This document shows, piece by piece, positions 61,701-64,000 of a DNA stretch of 64,000 bases. How positions within the stretch are numbered: the stretch's first letter is position 1; each line of letters begins with the position of its first letter. Source of the stretch: Raillietiella orientalis. Taxonomy: Eukaryota. The notes beneath the pieces are model-generated. The model had not been told where the DNA came from and searched no databases. It saw nothing but the letters and a program-made list of their open reading frames with translations. The stretch lies in assembly GCA_036172245.1 (NCBI GenBank), contig JAYWIR010000021.1, forward strand, positions 1,984,001 to 2,048,000, given 5' to 3'. The position numbers were made by a program, and so were the translations under genes.

Positions 61701-63306
61701 GTTCAAAAGGCATTGCCGTTCATGAATTGATGAGACGACAAGTACTTAACTTTGTGTTAAACGATGAATGTATCACACAAATGGAGAGGGATTAACGCTA
61801 ATTACGTGTCGGTTGCGTAATTCTCTCATCTGCTGAAGCGAACCGAACAAGTGCAGTCTGCTCCGTCCAACCTTTGGATGGGCGCTAGGCAACAAGTGCT
61901 GCTGTTCCAAAATAAATTACTGCGGAGGGGCGAGCACACTCACGTAGCACATCATGATGCTTTTCAAGTTTTCAGTTGCATAATTTCCGCGTTACTGAGT
62001 TCTTTCGAAACTTGTTTCTTTGTTCTTGACTAGTACGGACGAAGCCTTTACCCTTCCTTCCCTGGACGCAGAAGCCACGCTTACCAGCTCTTGCAGCTTT
62101 GCTTTCCGAAGCTTTGGTTTTGGATGCAGCGCTTTTGGGTGGCCTTCACGGTCGTCATAAGAATCGTCTTCTCTCCGCTGACATGGTCACCTAGTTCACC
62201 CTCTTTTGAACTGGAGTGCTGGGTTTCCCTCATAATCTGGGATTTCTATCTTTTTGTAACACATGGACTTTTTTCCTTTTGGACTGAATCTCTACCTTCA
62301 CTGGCGAAGAACGGCCCTAATTTTACAAGATGCTGAATAAAGCTCAGAGAAATTTTCCGACGGCACCTTTTGCAACCCATGCTTGATCTTAGTTACCCCA
62401 CTCACCCACGTACACGATGTTTTAAACAAAACGAAAAAGAACCTCCCTGACGGATGCTTGCATTTTCAAAGTGGAAAACATTTACTTTTCCAATGCCTAA
62501 TTTCCGTTGCTAAAGTTCTGTACACGTACCGGATCAGAAAGGGTACCTTAATTATGATTTTTTCTTTTCTTTTTCGATGCACGTAAAACTTCTTCCTGAA
62601 AGCACAGTGAACTTTTTAGAAGTTCTCTGCATGTTTTGCTTTATAAACTTGCATTACGATACTGGTTTGAATATCCATCGGGGAACTTTCCTTGCAATGG
62701 ATATTCAAACCAGACCTCTGAAGATTTAGTGCCATAAAAAACGGTCTGTTAACTGCTGCTTCTTTTAACTGATTTGATTAGGTTGATGAATGAATCGGAT
62801 GTATGAAATTATAGCTAATGATTCGCATAAAAAAAGTGAAGTGCAACAGGTAAAATCCATACATTCATACGATTGCAGAAAAAGTTGGCTTGAGTCAAGA
62901 AAATATAATAAACACAGTGCCATGTTCATTTCTAACAACTAACTGAAACGTAAACACCTGTTTTATTAATGAAGATAACAAACAAAAACGAAATTACAAA
63001 TAAAAAGTTGATGCCTGGATATGCTATAAAATTGTTTATGGGTGTATTTGCACACAACACTTACTTACACAGGTCTGAGAAATGAATTCAAGCTTCATGG
63101 TTTACTTTCCATTATTGCTTTTGCTGGAACACATCGAGGAATAAAAAAATCATTGCTATTAATGAATTAATCATGCTGTCAAAAGAAACTGTCTGCAAGT
63201 GCGATATGATAGCTATTCATGAATTATTAAAAAACTGTTTCTAGAATATCAAAAAGAGCAGTTGGATTAGGACTTTGTTTCCAAAAATCAAAGAGTTTAT
63301 ATTTCA

Positions 63307-64000
63307 CTAAATAAGAGGACAAAAATGAATTACAGAGTCATCTAAAATAAATCCATCCCCAAAACCGTTCTCTACTGGCAAAAGAGTAGGCTGCTCCCTA
63401 CACATGGGGCAAAAAGTTGATCTAACTGTGGAGGAACGCATCCAAATTATGAGATTGCACCTAAATAAAAGAATGGATATATACACCTTATGACAACTAT
63501 AGCCACTGCCCCTATAGGATGACTATTGCATCTACACCTACCTATTGCCATCTGTAACAGGAAGGGCAGCATGCATATGTTGACCTCTATGGAATAAAGC
63601 CCATCCTAATTTATGGCTACAAACTATGTATTCTTCAAATGGGTTTCCTGGTAGATCACCAAAATATAATTCTCCTCCTTCAAAACCATCTTCAAGGCAT
63701 ATGTTTGCAGTAACCTAGCACAAAAATCTTGCAAAATATGCCTTTCAACCAACCAAGAAGTTACCTCTGCATTATCATAATGATAAGCAAGTTCAACATC
63801 TTTCTCCTGGGCATACTGAACAGTAAATGCTTTATGTGAATCCAAAGAGTTTCCAGTCCACTGAGGATAAAGTTGTTGAGAAATTGGTTGAAAGTAATTG
63901 CTCCGTAAACAGTTAAAAAATCCTTCATCAAACCCAAGTTCAGACAATAGAATCTATTGGAAACATTAAGCATAAAAAAACATGGCAACTCCTTACTGAC
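63307..64000 (-). CDS. OGFOD2: 2-oxoglutarate and iron-dependent oxygenase domain-containing protein 2 (3' part; 5' exons beyond the window)
   Basis: Exons 63765-63953 (ELGFDE...LYP...LDSHKAFTVQY...HYDNAE), 63542-63714 (FEGGELYFG...HRGQHMHAALP), 63307-63460 (RCNLIIWMRSS.VR..CPMC...GFGDGF); HxD...H Fe(II) triad and 2OG-binding Arg present. Confidence 0.9.

Overview
Eukaryotic (animal) genomic DNA. The ~40-55 nt GT-AG introns, TTTTCAG-like acceptors and closely spaced co-oriented genes would fit an invertebrate such as a nematode, but that is inference only. There are three zones. (1) ~0.5-29.5 kb is a GC-rich, apparently gene-free field of decayed retroelements. It holds at least nine 3' ends plus internal RT/endonuclease remnants of an L1/Tx1-like LINE (zf-RVT CCHC C-terminus, AATAAA plus a terminal hairpin). 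These are interleaved, nearly always in the same orientation, with a ~0.85 kb tRNA-derived SINE-like repeat whose body is an array of c(UUCG)g-type hairpins. (2) ~29.6-31.5 kb contains a TA-flanked Tc1/pogo-type MITE 8 bp from an internally deleted Ginger/KRBA2-type DNA transposon (TGT...ACA, TATA TSD). (3) ~32.8-64 kb contains three minus-strand genes: CHTF18 (~15 exons over ~21 kb), a BMP type I receptor (tkv/BMPR1-like) ending ~236 bp upstream of the CHTF18 start, and the 3' part of OGFOD2. A plus-strand, signal-peptide-bearing LRR gene is nested antisense in a 10.3 kb CHTF18 intron. Exon boundaries were read by eye; repeat boundaries are approximate.
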